A DNA stretch of 64,000 nucleotides from Antedon mediterranea (lineage: Eukaryota > Animalia > Echinodermata). The notes beneath the pieces are model-generated. The model made no database searches. It saw only the letters and a list, made by a program, of their open reading frames with translations, and was not told where the DNA came from. Where the stretch lies: the NCBI RefSeq assembly GCF_964355755.1, contig NC_092670.1, positions 35,390,388 through 35,454,387 on the forward strand, in the 5' to 3' direction. Every line of letters begins with the position of its first letter. Position 1 is the first letter of the stretch. This document shows positions 50,901 to 63,487 of the stretch, piece by piece. The translations under genes and the position numbers were made by a program.

Positions 50901-53900
50901 TAAACTAATGTTCTTTTTTTAATTTGCAATGTTTAGATTTTAAGCTGAAAACAGGGTGCCTCGCTAACGAGGCTGGGCAGCTGTCACCTAGCTCCGCCAA
51001 ATTTGTACTTTTAATCACTTTGATGCGACTGAATATTTTCTCAAACAATTCAGTGAAATCACTGGTTAAATGTCAGTTTTGTTGGAGACTGTGTGAACTT
51101 CCGATAGGCAAGTTCACAAGTACGTAAGTATATACGTGTATGACTATGTCAAACAAACAATACAATAACTACCGTTGAGTCTTCTGTGAGTCCATTGCCC
51201 ATACTGACGTAGTCCACTTCTGGTTCAGTTTTGAAACCTGTAACGATTGCTGTAAGCTGACGTCCCTCGGGTACTTTGACACTCCAGTAACAGTCCATGT
51301 CGTCTTCGTAACGGGCGGGGTAGTTTGGTGATGTGATGGTAACCTTACCTTGGGCTTTTAACTCAATATCTTCACCACACCCTAATTGGTAAATATTCGT
51401 ATTAAAAATAAGTTTATGATAGGGCTCGCCGACATTCATATCCTACATTTAAAGATGCAATTGTTATTGTTATATTGTATAAAACAGTAAGATAAATCAC
51501 AGTGTATCGATTATCAATGTGATCGAGTAAATACACAACATAGTTAAGGCCTATAACATTTATATGAACAATTATACAGTACTATGATGAGAGATTTAGC
51601 TTTCATATTCACTCGAACAAAATGAACTTATGTATCCTTGTACATCAGGAAGAAGTTTACATTTGAGACTACTTACAATTTTTTTTCCAGATCACAAGTA
51701 TTCTCAAATGTACTAGGAATATTCTGTATTATTACGACAGAGTTAGGCTAAACATTTCTACTTGATTCCCTGACGTAAACACTGGGCCACGAGTAATATA
51801 AATTTACATATCATGTCACATTGTTTTATCACATTGTTTAATATAATAAATTTTAATTTCTAACGTACTTGTAGGTTGGAATTGACGTAATCCGCACCAT
51901 TCTTGTTTCTCTTCACCGGCACACTTTGACTTATCTTCGTAACCATAGTTTTTCAGTGTCTGATTTAGGCATGACGGTAGCTGTTCAAGTGCACACGTTT
52001 GGTAACCATCACAGATCTCTTCCCATGACACGCAGATGTTCTCTTCGAAACATTGTACTCCTTTAAATGGATTGCCCTCACAGACTATGGATAATCAATT
52101 ATTTTATTTTATAACAGCCCTGTAACAACATCGGTAACAAAATGGTAAATTAATCTATGTATTCATTTTTTCTCGTTTATTTATTCGTATTTTCGTTTGT
52201 TTTGTTTTTTTGTTTTTTTTGAAATATATATTTATACTGGGTAACCTCTTCAGTCAATGACTGATCTCCCAGAGGGCCCAGTTGGTGATCAGTGGCTGTG
52301 ATGTACTAATACACCGGGGTAACCCCCTACATCGTCTCGAAAGATGTACTAGGTTCTTTAAAGTGCACACGAGCCAGATGTGTAAACTGGACCTACGGTT
52401 TATAGTCCTTATCCGAGAAGACTCGTTCTACCACCAGAACCATGGAGTGAGTGAGCCTCGAACCCCTGCCGTTGTTATGGCAAGGTAATTACGGTTCCAC
52501 TGTTTTAACCGCTCGGCCACTCACTCATCAAATGTTTGTTTCATTCGTTTATACATTGATTCATCTCATATAACATTACGTACAGCAAAGCATAATTATT
52601 GTTATACTTACAATCAGTTCCTATTGCGTCAACAAGAATTTTAGCCGAGTCAATAATGTATTCATTGTATTTTTTAGAATATCGAGATGCCTGCCTCCGT
52701 TGTCTGGAGATGAGATCTTTTAAATTCAATTTTTTCTAGAAAGAAAATTTTACAAGGAACAGTAAATAGTTTTTATAAGTAATAAAAATGTATACAAAAA
52801 ACATTCAAACACGAAATAGCCCATATAAAACAAAGGGAAAATCAACCACAGCAAAAAAGTGATTAAAATTTATTAAATTAAAACATGATAATATTTTGAA
52901 TGCTACAGAACATTTCGTAATAAGACAGTACAGTATTATACACATGCAGTCAAATCATGTATTAGTTTTGTACTATACTAATAAGTACCCTAAGGCCTAT
53001 ATTTAAAGTAGAGACATATAAAAGTATTTCTTTTTAACCACCACAATCATAAGGGTGGAAGTAATTCAAGCAATAAAGAAGGTGACAACCAGACAATATT
53101 CATCCGCTGTTTTGCTTTGACAAAATACAAATGTCGTTTTATTTACTAAGCATGAAAAAAACAAGTCAAGTAAAAGCCCATAGATTAACCAGGGGACTTC
53201 AGTAGCAGTTTGCTCGGATTAAAGGTTATTTTTCAGAAAGAACCTTTCGAAGAAAATCTGTATACGTCATCTTGCAAAACACCATTACATTGTGGAACAA
53301 TTGTTAACGATCTACAATGGTATCTGTTAAATACTGATAACAATAGGCCTACAACACAATAATTTTTGTAGAGAAATCATGTCGCGCCAAACGTTTATTA
53401 TTATTACTAAAAGAGCGAAAATTAATTACTACGTATACATTTTGAACGCGCGATAACTTCTTGTTTTTTACATTATATATTTAGGGGTTGAAATAATGAA
53501 CTTAAATGTGATGCAAATACTGTAGTAGGTGCATATACAATAAATTACAAAAACGTCTCTTCTTTCTACGCAAATTAAACTCTTTTAAAATTGACCGTAC
53601 TATTTTACAACTTTTTTTATACTTATCTTAAACAGTGTACTTAGTTTTTGCTTAATATGTTATTATGGTAATTCACGTTTTAAAGATAGACTTTTATTTA
53701 ATAAAGTAGTTAAACAAGGCAGTAAAATAGTAGGCTCGGAACAAATTAAACCTGAAGTTTTATATAAGGAATTAGTAATTTACAATTATTTCAAAAGACC
53801 ACGCTCCCCCTCTGCACTATGAACTTAACAAAAGTCAACGTAGTGACAGACTCCTTCAAAGAAAAATTAAAACAAATAGATATGGCAATTCATTCGTCCT

Positions 53901-54983
53901 TGCTGCAATTTATTAGTAGTATTTTAATCGATTTTTTAGGATTTTATATCTATATTTTATATCGTAATTTATATATTTTATGTACTGTGTCCATTTTATA
54001 TTTGTATGTAGGCCTACTGTATTTTGAAAAGGCCAACAGAGTTTCCCCATGGTGATAATAAAGATTTTAATTGAATTGAATTGATTTCTGATTGGACGCG
54101 CAATCCAATTTCATTAAGCATAATAAAGTTTAGAGACAACTATATTAATTTCATTGAAGCGAAAATATCAATGAACTGTGATCTCTCGCTGAAATGGTTC
54201 TGGAAGATAGAAATAATAATGACTTCGCATGCGCATAAGATGGGCTTTCGGTTCGCGCGTAAAACTGACCTACTGTGAAAAAAAAAAGGAATTAAGGTTT
54301 ACTGGACATAGTTGAAATATAATAATGGTAAAAACATTCCTTAGACGGACAAACTTGACTAAAAATACAATGAACAACGTGGCAATATTCAAGGCTATTG
54401 TTATTAACTTTTTGTTGACCTTAAACTGTCTTGTCAGTCAATTAAATATTGTATAGTGTATTTTAGTTTATTTTGATATTAAGATTAAAATATCATTTGA
54501 TTGATACGGTCCAAAGTAGTTTAACAGCAAACAAGAACACTGTGGTCACTGTGTTAGCTCCCACTAGCTTTTGTTTATACCGACAATTGTTGCAAATAAA
54601 AAAACTAATAATCATGACGTAACGATGACGTCACAGTGATACTTGCGTTAAAATTTGATGCAATTAGAAACATGATAATTAATATTAGGCGCCATACGCA
54701 GCAAAAGTTTTAAAATTTCCACTTGTATTTTTGCTTGACACTTTTGCTGCGTATGGCGCCTCATAGATATATACCGTATAATAAAGGAAATTACAAAAAG
54801 GTTTATGTCGGAAAAACTTTATTTTAATTTATCCTATTTTAGTTTTGTTTTAATTGCTATATTTATGGAAAATTACACACGAATAAAGAGAGGTTAACTT
54901 ACAAGCTCAGCATCACTGCGATACCTGGACTCAGACAGAGCAACCAATGCACCTATGGCAAAAAGAACGCACCAGCCCCTCAT
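44938..54983 (-). CDS. Secreted multi-CUB protein: signal peptide, RQRR site, LDLa-like module, 5 CUB domains, Pro/Glu-rich repeat tail; 14 coding exons, ~869 aa
   Basis: Exons 54983-54903 ([19 protein letters not shown]...), 52735-52612, 52084-51869, 51381-51173, 49813-49654, 49290-49240, 49131-48903, 48804-48689, 48290-47922, 47576-47458, 47122-46894, 46670-46302, 45764-45451, 44961-44938 (PGNREMY*); 2610 nt, all phases consistent. CUB motifs: [37 protein letters not shown]. Confidence 0.88.
45465..45685 (-). repeat. Coding 18/24-bp tandem repeat encoding (PEGKPE)n/(PEGNPEPG)n
   Basis: ttctggttctggtttacc units on +. The minus-strand translation is in frame with the CUB gene. Confidence 0.9.
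45826..46158. mobile_element. MITE, inverted copy of the 4841-5182 family
   Basis: tattgtccccctgaa ... gggaaaatacatctttaa. The internal sequence is reverse-complementary to 4860-5170. Confidence 0.75.
50010..50788 (-). mobile_element. Helentron/DINE-like element with (GACA)n microsatellites
   Basis: The minus strand begins ttattagtcgcgtggaagcgactctatag plus (GTCT/GTCG)n. Direct repeat gcatagtgataccggaccgacagac... at 50028 and 50683. The core is an inverted copy of 12100-12612. Confidence 0.7.
52231..52526 (-). mobile_element. tRNA-derived SINE with Deu/Nin domain, apparently full length
   Basis: Head gagtgagtggccgagcggttaa...ggttcgaggctcactcactcca (A and B boxes, acceptor stem, CCA). Body gtcttctcggataaggactataaaccgtaggtcc...gcactttaaagaacc...ttcg...gtagggggttaccccggtg. 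Tail gaagaggttacccagtataaata. Confidence 0.8.
54687..54761. repeat. 22-bp perfect inverted repeat (hairpin / mini-MITE)
   Basis: aggcgccatacgcagcaaaagt ... acttttgctgcgtatggcgcct. Confidence 0.85.
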
Positions 54984-55777
54984 ACTGAAATGACCTCTCA
55001 AGGTAGTACTTTAACGTCTATCCTACTAAGCTAGAACCTCTGCAACAAGACGTCCACTCCTTGCCCCTAGACTGACAAAGTAACAAGTAATTCGTTCACC
55101 TTGGATCTCATCGAAAACGGTTCACATATGGTTTCTACATCTTCGGGTTATGGACTTCTGACGATCGAACCCTGGGAATATTATTAACAAGTCCCTATGG
55201 ACCTGGGTTTGAAGTTTTGACCAATCAGAAGTGTCGGTCTGCGACACAATTGGACAGACAAGTTTGGTGTGATCGTTACAGATTACGAGTATTAGCAACT
55301 AATATTTGTCGGTCGATCGGATTAACTTAATTCGGTTAGTAATAACACAATTTATTAATTTTGTTGGAAGCTGGTAACTCTTATAGAGAATAAAAATAAT
55401 AATAGAAGATCTAATAGTTTGAAGAGATGAAAGGTATTTCCTATTCGATACTAATCGAATATGACGTATCTAATATAAGTGTGTTTAGTATACATTAATC
55501 ATTGGAAACTGGTCGTAAAGTTGACTGCATTAAATGTCATTATGCCTAAGTTAACTATTGTAACAGCAAAGTAAAACAACATTTAATGCAATTACATTCC
55601 CTACAAAACTGCATGTCAGAATATGATACCGTATTAAACCACCACCCAAACGTGCCTGCAAACAATTTGTAAAAACTTAAATATATTGAGTGAGATTAGT
55701 ATGGTACTAATATTATTATATAGGCCTATTCAATATTAAATAAATGATAAAGACGCTAGTAAATTACCAACTGAACA

Positions 55778-55827
55778 TTTTATTGCACTCAGGCTGTTTC
55801 ATGAGTATGAACTCAATCTTCAGGTGC
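55778..55827 (-). ncRNA. Degenerate minimal type-I hammerhead ribozyme motif (Penelope-like end)
   Basis: Minus strand: GCAC-CTGAAGA-t-TGAGT-tcat-ACTCA-t-GAAAC-agcctga-GTGC-AATAAA. Confidence 0.5.
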
Positions 55828-57843
55828 TTGGCTCTGAATGATAGTCACAAGTGAATACAAAAAGCTATAATGAAGTTGTAAGGCAAAATTAAATATTATA
55901 TATTAGATATATATTAGATATTAAGAGATATCTTTATTTCCGAATTGATTACAGCTTGGCACACCATAGTATGGTATGATATGAATGATTTTAAAGTAAA
56001 AATAAGCAACAATTATTATGTAAAGCACAAATTAGAGAACCAGCTGATTAGGTAAAAAATAAAATTGAGGTTGTTTAAAGACTATAAGGTTCAGAAATCA
56101 AGTAAGTTTAATCTTAAAAGGAATTACTGGATTGTCCTGTTGTTTTTCATCATAGTCTGAAATGGAATTACACTTCGGACAGTGACCATCAACCGTATAA
56201 CAGGTGTTATTAAGTTTTGTAATCTAGGCCTATATTAACGATTAGAGCTGCAAGAAAAGTACCTTTGACATTTACTGTTCATCCTCACGCCCTCTTCAGT
56301 CGACATCTGCGTGTGAACTTTCAGTTTGTAGTATCATCATCACAGTATGACAAGCCGTTAATACGTATGTTTTGATAATAATGTTTATTATGTAATACAA
56401 TTACAGCGCTACAAATGTAAGAAGTCACGCCATAAATAAAAGATGATTACTTTTTCCAAAAAAAACACCGTATTGATCAGCATGCATAGGCCTGATTAAT
56501 AAAACAAAAATAAAATCAGTAAAACATAATAACTGTAGTATATAGCAAGCCCTTCAAAAGTGCTGATAAATATGCTTAGCTGGCCTATAGCTCATGACGA
56601 TCTTTTGAAAAAAGTGCCATTTCGTAAAAAAAGAACGCCCTTCACATAACCTGAAGCTAAAATGTTGTGTTTTATTTATAAGCGTTTCTTCATGAAATAC
56701 AATTTCTGGAACAAATGCTTGTTTTAAAAATATAAGTCATTTATATTGGTCAGAGTTCATATACAGATGTACAAATACATTTAATTCGTTGGTATTTCAA
56801 CTGACTGGGCTTGGAATCAGAATCAAAATAGCACCATCAAAATTGGCATCACATTAATTCCACTGAGAAATAAAACTATTGTGCTATTACAGAACACATT
56901 ACTAGGAATATTGTATTAATTGAAATCCCCAAAAGTGTTCTTATCTTTTCTTGAGTGCCTACTGTTTCCTATCTAGCCTATATAACATATCCTCAAATTG
57001 CAGTTTGTTGTTATATATTATTATTCGATATAATTATGTAATTTCAAAAATTATTCTCATATTTTTTTAGTATGAGTGTTTATTATTTTTTTGATATGAT
57101 GGCTATATCATGTTGATTTACTGAGTTTTATCTGAATCCTAATGTACAGTAAGTATAGCGACATTGTGTATTTAATAAAAATAGATATTTTTGATATAGC
57201 GCAAATAAAAGATGTCTCTATGCGCTCCACAATAAAAGAGAAAGAGTGGAAAACAAAAGGAGGAGAACAAAAAGACAAAAACAGCAAGCTAGTACCCAAA
57301 CTGGAGTATGGGGATACACCATCACCGCTAACTGGGGATCAGATATTTGGTAGGGAAGTAACTAAGACTAGGTAAAAGGTTACTCCAGGCTAATTTAATT
57401 CCTCGGATTAAGCACTGTTATACAATTTATAATTAGCCCGGTGGTTTTTGATTGACAACATGTAAAGTTAGTTAAACAATATAAACCGTGAAATGTAAAG
57501 ACATCAATCAAACGTTATTGCTCAAATCACGATTGCTGTTGTAAATTGATGTCCGCCCTCATTCAATCCAATTGTTTTCTTCTGCAAGTCAGCTTTTGGT
57601 GCGTATTAAACTATTCTGATTGGTTAAAGTCAACTGCTAATCCTGTGTTATCATTCTAGATATTACGAATATCTGTCTGGACCGGAACCGAAAGAAAGGA
57701 AAATCAATCGATTAAAGAGCTATGAACTATACCGGAAAATAGTCAACAGAATGAAGAGATATGATAATTATTCATCTGTTGAAAAATCGTGGTAGATTAC
57801 AAAAGTTGTGATTTGTTATGGTAGATACGGAAGTCACCTTTAG

Positions 57844-58477
57844 TTAAAGCCCCATTCCCTACGTTTTTTAGATCTAATTTAAGATCACAGACTATATTTA
57901 ATGTAAAAATAATACTATATGGTCCTATTGCGATAACTTTTTTCGTCTTTAAACGGTTAAAAATGTGAAAAATAAGTCGATTCTAATAATTATAGCGGCC
58001 CGCTATAAATCCCAAAATGCATTGCGCGCGGATGGATATTTTTGTTTTTCACCTGTAATTCGCCCACTTTTCGATCGATCGTGAGGCCAAAACAAATGGA
58101 AGACTCCTAACTTTTCAGCGAAAATACCGGGTTTTCCCCAATTTGTATCAACGGAGTATGGCAAAAATAGAAAGACAATTAATGCAGCAACTATACAACG
58201 TCAGGCTAGGTATATAGGTAGCGTACGATGTTCGTACGTTACCGATGTTTACCAGCTAGGCCTACAAAACTAAGCCTAGCTAGGCTAGGCCTAAGACCGT
58301 CCACGAGAGGTCGATCGCCGCGAGCTACTTAGGTAGTGCATTGTTTCTCACTTTTTATCATAATTTACCATAAAACGTACATTTAAGACAAGGAATGACA
58401 TGGTTTAATGTTTTTAAAGTGATATATATGTATTATTTTCCAAAAAACGTCCAAAATTGCAGGGAAGGGGTCTTTAA
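57844..58477. mobile_element. TIR element (MITE) with TTAA-like ends
   Basis: ttaaagccccattccctacg ... gcagggaaggggtctttaa imperfect TIRs. Confidence 0.6.
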
Positions 58478-58712
58478 AACTCCGTTTGTAACATTACTAC
58501 GTGTAAAGATTTGTCTACACTATTAAACTAGTTTGACAAAAGTGTGATGTGCCCAAATATGGCAGTGATATGCCCAAATGTGGTAGTGATATGACATCAT
58601 TATGTCACAATGATCATGGGCAAATAACATAACTCTTGATAGTGTAGACAGAGCTTTACCCGTAGTATGCCACGAACGAACTTTTAACCAAAGGTTCAAT
58701 ACAACGTCTCTC

Positions 58713-59053
58713 AAGCGTGGTTCCCACTAGAACGTAACGCAAGGACGTAAACGCAACGCAAACGTTTTAACCAATCACAAGCAAAGTTATAGACAGTTAG
58801 CAATCACAAGCGAATAAGCCATCGCTTGTGATTGGTCAATTTACTTGCGTTGCGTTACGTCCTTGCGTTGCGTCGTAAAGCTTGGTTCCCACTAGAACGT
58901 AACGCAAGGACGTAAACGCAATGCAAGCGTTTTAACCAATGACAAGCAAAGTTATAGACAGTTAGCAATCACAAGCGAATAAGCCATCGCTTGTGATTGG
59001 TCAATTCACTTGCGTTGCGTCCTTGCGTTGCGTCGCTAGTGGCAACCACACTT
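58713..59053. mobile_element. Head-to-tail dimer of a palindromic ~165-bp MITE
   Basis: Units start at 58713 and 58878 (aagc.tggttcccactagaacgtaacgcaaggacgtaaacgcaa...). Each is self-complementary. Confidence 0.85.
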
Positions 59054-60728
59054 AGCAACACATTTATACAGTATATGCCTACTTTTTATTAAGGTGTTTT
59101 CTATCTACTCGTATATAGGCCTATTTACACTTCTCTTATCACTATAGAACATGAAAAAACTTATTTATGGAAATATTTTCTATTTCACTAACAGGATTTA
59201 AACACTATTGAGAAAAGTTAATTGTCATGGTGCTTTATGCAATGTGTTAATTGATATAAGAGACAGGGAAGGGAAACCAATCCCATATGTATTCGGTTTA
59301 GTATGACTTACAAACACTAATAGAATAATTTAAACCAATCCTAGTTTTAACCCTTTAGTGGGTACTCAAACGGTTGATGCACTTTTTGAATTTCATGACA
59401 CTTTGAGGTTGGGTTCGATTAAGGTAGGCCTATTACAAATAAAAAATTCAAAAAATCAATTACTAGGCCCTACTAGAAGCTAACAGCAGTCATCTTCAAT
59501 CATGTTACGAAATGTTAACATTGGAGCATAGTTTGAATACAGTTGAAGTAAATAAAGTTTCTAAGTTAGAAAACCCAAGTCTAAATTACGTTTAATCTAC
59601 CGGAAAACAGACTTCAAACTAATTCTCACATACTGCAAATAAGTTTGAAATAAAATTGAGGACGCTGCTTCATTTGACGGAGTCACGTGATTATTTCTGT
59701 TTCAAAAGGAAATGCTTTTCATTCAACACAATGAAACATTAATCAATTATAATTAAGTAATTATAAAATAATTTAACCTATCCTATAAAATGATTGGTAA
59801 GATGTGTGTTAAAACACAGAGGAAAGTAATTCGCGATCAAATTACAGAAAAAAAATAAATTCAATTGTTAGCCTACTTTCCTGAGAGCCAACCGCGACTC
59901 GATGTTTTTAGTTTGTTTAACCACCTTTCTAAATGTTGCGCCAAAGTTGAGTTAACGATAAGAATAATCGTGGCTACCATGAACACTTTTAGCAAACGTT
60001 TCATTACCTTTTCCATGCAGTAGGCCTATCTTACAACGTCAGACCTACTATAACCCCCTCGGGTTTCTATATTTCAAATGGCAGGAATTCATTTCAATCC
60101 GGGGTCACAGTGAGCCGTGTATGTACCTGCATACGGGCTTATTTAGGAATGTCACTCTTATCCCAAAAGAATTTCGTAAAGTCTGAATTTAAAAATAGAA
60201 AAAAAAAATCAACCTTTTCATTACTAAAGAAATGCAAATACAGTTATGTTTCTATTGAATGTTCTAGAATTATTTAATTCGATATTCAGTAGTATATATA
60301 ATACTGTCTAATAATGTTTAATCAACTTCTCATAAAAAATAAAAGCAAATTGTTTAGCAACCACATCATCAATTTCAAACTATTTCTGGAATTTGGAAAT
60401 ATTACTTAATTAAAAATGCAGGTAGTTAATCGACTATCAATATTATTATTATTATTAATTTTATAATAGAATCTTTACTGTTTGAAAGTCTTTCTTTTTC
60501 TTGTCATCTATATATCATCACGTGACTTATCTATTTTGCCTGTCTCAAAAGAAGTAAAGCAATAATTGAGTGAATTCCGGGAATAATAAGAAACATAAGT
60601 CGATCAATCCAGTGTAAGTCTAACGTCACCCAACGATAAGTGCATATATTTGTTAATACTTTAGACGTTTCAAAAGGTGTTGCATAACCCCTGGATAGGT
60701 GAGTTTACGCGTATCTCAATGCTGCAAC

Positions 60729-60836
60729 ATGGTTCGGCTTGTTGTTGTTATCACGCTGATTTGTTTCTGTTGCATTGGAGATACGAATCATTATCTAGGA
60801 GGAACCTTTAACTGGCGACCACTCAATCAAGGAAAG
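60729..60836 (+). CDS. First coding exon of a secreted/membrane protein with N-terminal HxxGGTxxW motif (Sib/integrin-beta-like family); the gene probably continues beyond the window
   Basis: ATG in caacATGG context. Reads MVRLVVVITLICFCCIGDT|NHYLGGTFNWRPLNQGK, then a strong donor AAG|gtaaag. Confidence 0.7.
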
Positions 60837-62109
60837 GTAAAGTACACATTTTCTAATTTTAACACTTCTTTAAACGTAACGAATTTTTTCCTGTTGTTTT
60901 TCATCTTCTTGTTGTTCTTGTTGTTTCTAGTTTTTTTTTAAAATTATTATTCTGTACTATTGGCCATTGGCTGTTGGATGTGAATTAAAATAAAGTAAAT
61001 AGTTACGGACCAACTTACTAATGATTATGTGTTTTAATAATCGTAAGTATCAATATTATATTCGAGTTTAGCTTTACTAAAATATTTCTATTACCTTTTT
61101 ATAAAATATCAATCATTTCGTGTTTCATGTTTCCTTCTGTCTCCTGCTATTCTTTCAGATAATTGTTTTTATAGTGAGCATGTACACAGCTGAAGCGTGT
61201 CCCACAATTTGTATCTATCATTTTTTCTCTAAAATACTTAGCTTCTTTAAATTCCATTAAAATAATCTGTACTTTTGAAACGTGAAAATCAAATTAGCGG
61301 ATATATTGATTATACATTTTAAAACTAAAAATATATATTTGAATATATTTGAATGCCAGAGGAATTTTGTGAATAGCGACCTTTGACCCTGCAATTCCAT
61401 TCCGATTTTGGTGTCATATTGTAGATCAAATGGGGCCATGTTTCGTGAGATCTGGATGTGATCTCTGGGTTGTTCAGATAAACAAACAAACCAACCAACC
61501 AACCAACAAACAAACCTATGGGAGTGGAAACACAACCGCCTACGTATACATTCTTTGTACACACTAGGCCTAGTAATGTTACTTTCAATATACATTATAA
61601 TCTGTATTTGATAGCACGTAACAATGCTAAATGTCATACGAGGTATTACAAAAAGTTAAATCTTTTGAGACAGCCTAATAAAATAACATTAAGTTTTGAC
61701 AAATCACCGACAACAGTTCCAAATGTAGCTTCTTATAGCCTATGAAATATCTAGTGTGCACGTAGAGGAGGTCCGGGGTTTTAACAGCTACATCCGGAAT
61801 AGATTAAATTATCATTAATTGCACATCAAAGTCGTGGTTATTTGATATGCATTTTTAATCTCAAAAATTATTTTGAATAAATTTTAATTTATTTAGGTAT
61901 CCTATTATTGACATGTATGTTACTTATAAACTATGTTTAGTGAATAAACACAGACCAATATTCAGAGAGAGCGTTTGTACGTTCAAATTCAAATATTCTT
62001 TATTCATCCTCAATCATGAAAATATACAACAACAATATATGAGAACATAAAAAAGATGAAAAGGAAACACATAAAAACTCAAAAGAGCTTGACGTTTGCT
62101 CGTTATTCC

Positions 62110-62622
62110 AAGCATTTACTACCGAAATGATCATGAGTATAATTTTTCATAGTATAATTTTTGTAGTTAAGTGTTTGCATATTTTAATTGATTTTGATAT
62201 ATTTGAATACCTTACAATTAATTCTCGGTATCCAGAGTCCCTCACCTTTAAACACATGTATGCTAGAACTAATGCATTTAAATACTCCCTGTTTGTTAAT
62301 TTCCCTCGAATATGGGAATGTATCCCGCATGAAGTTCGTAACAAAGTCCTGTTTAACTTTAGGGGGTTTAGAAGGGATTTGAAAAAATGTATTACTGATA
62401 TCGAATTCATCTAGACTATCACTGTGTTTTTATGTCTATTGCGTTTTTCGTACTATTAGTTGGGAAAGCCACTCGACAGTGCAGTTCTTTTGAACTGATC
62501 CACTTTTGGTTACCCGCAGGTGCTGATAGTACTTTTGTTCTGTTTTGTTGAATGATGCCGTACCTTGTTTATGATATTTGTATGTTACCTGGAAATTGAA
62601 TAAAATAAAATAAAATAAAAAT
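62110..62622 (+). mobile_element. 5'-truncated LINE (CR1/L2-like) 3' end
   Basis: Peptide FKHMYARTNAFKYSLFVNFPRIWECIPHEVR resembles a LINE ORF2 C-terminus. A 3' UTR and (TAAAA)n tail follow at 62598-62621. Confidence 0.75.
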
Positions 62623-62859
62623 GAGAAGGCTTTAAAATACAGTTTGATATCTTTTATAGAGAAATATAATAATAGGGCCTAAATCTCACAGATTAGACAA
62701 GGAATTATTTAGAATGAGTTTTAAACTTAACATAATAGGCCTGTTTTTGACAACATAAAAATACACACAAGTGTTTATACCATTATATAATTTAGAATAC
62801 CACAGTTGTAGAAAACTAAGCGGAAAATGTTGCTATTCATTTACAAAATGGATACCGCC

Positions 62860-63102
62860 TAAAGGCCTGTTCATACTAGGACGATAACAAACGACGATAT
62901 ATGAATGTACACATTTCCTACAAAAAACTGAACAAGTTTTCATTTTATACTTGTAATATCTTTTGTGAAAATTAGGGAAGAGTGAAATTACAAATGAAAA
63001 TTATTAATTTCACTCTTCCCTGGTGAAAATAATATTTCACAAATCGTAACAATAGAGTTATTGATCGTCATTAGTTATCGTCCAAGTATAAACAGTCATT
63101 TA
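62860..63102. mobile_element. MITE
   Basis: taaaggcctgttcatactaggacgataac ... gttatcgtccaagtataaacagtcattta. Confidence 0.65.
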
Positions 63103-63487
63103 AGTGACGTCATTTGGGTATAAATAGTTGTCTTAGTTCTTACTGATGTTTTCATATAATAATTTGGATTGTGATGATAACTTTGTATTCACGGGAACAA
63201 TATAGTAAGTTGATGCTGGTTCATCTTCTTTGATATTATAATTCATGATGGTGTTGAACATTTTCATAATAAAGAGAAAGTTATTTCACATTATTGTCAA
63301 TGTGTTTCCAATTAAAGTTATTAGTGGTGAAGTGAAACATTAAACTAATAATACTGGTAATACACAATGCACACATACACCACCGGTGCATACACAAATC
63401 TCTAAATATAACTTTGGAACAAATTGTTTCCATGGTACAAACGTGTAAAAGTGTTTCCGTTTTACATTGATGTAAAATCTAAGAGCT

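Noticed and set aside
52445-52526. Possible tRNA gene
   Set aside because: It runs directly into a SINE body and the T-arm and anticodon arm are imperfect, so it is a SINE head.
53038-53103. Alternative first exon for the CUB gene ([18 protein letters not shown])
   Set aside because: It stops before any donor site, and 54983-54903 gives a proper signal peptide and donor.
57142-57375. 77-aa + strand ORF
   Set aside because: No motif or splice support; likely repeat-derived or chance.
61160-61260. Second exon of the 60729 gene after the tttcag acceptor
   Set aside because: The translation has no recognisable similarity, hits a stop, and lies in repeat-like sequence.
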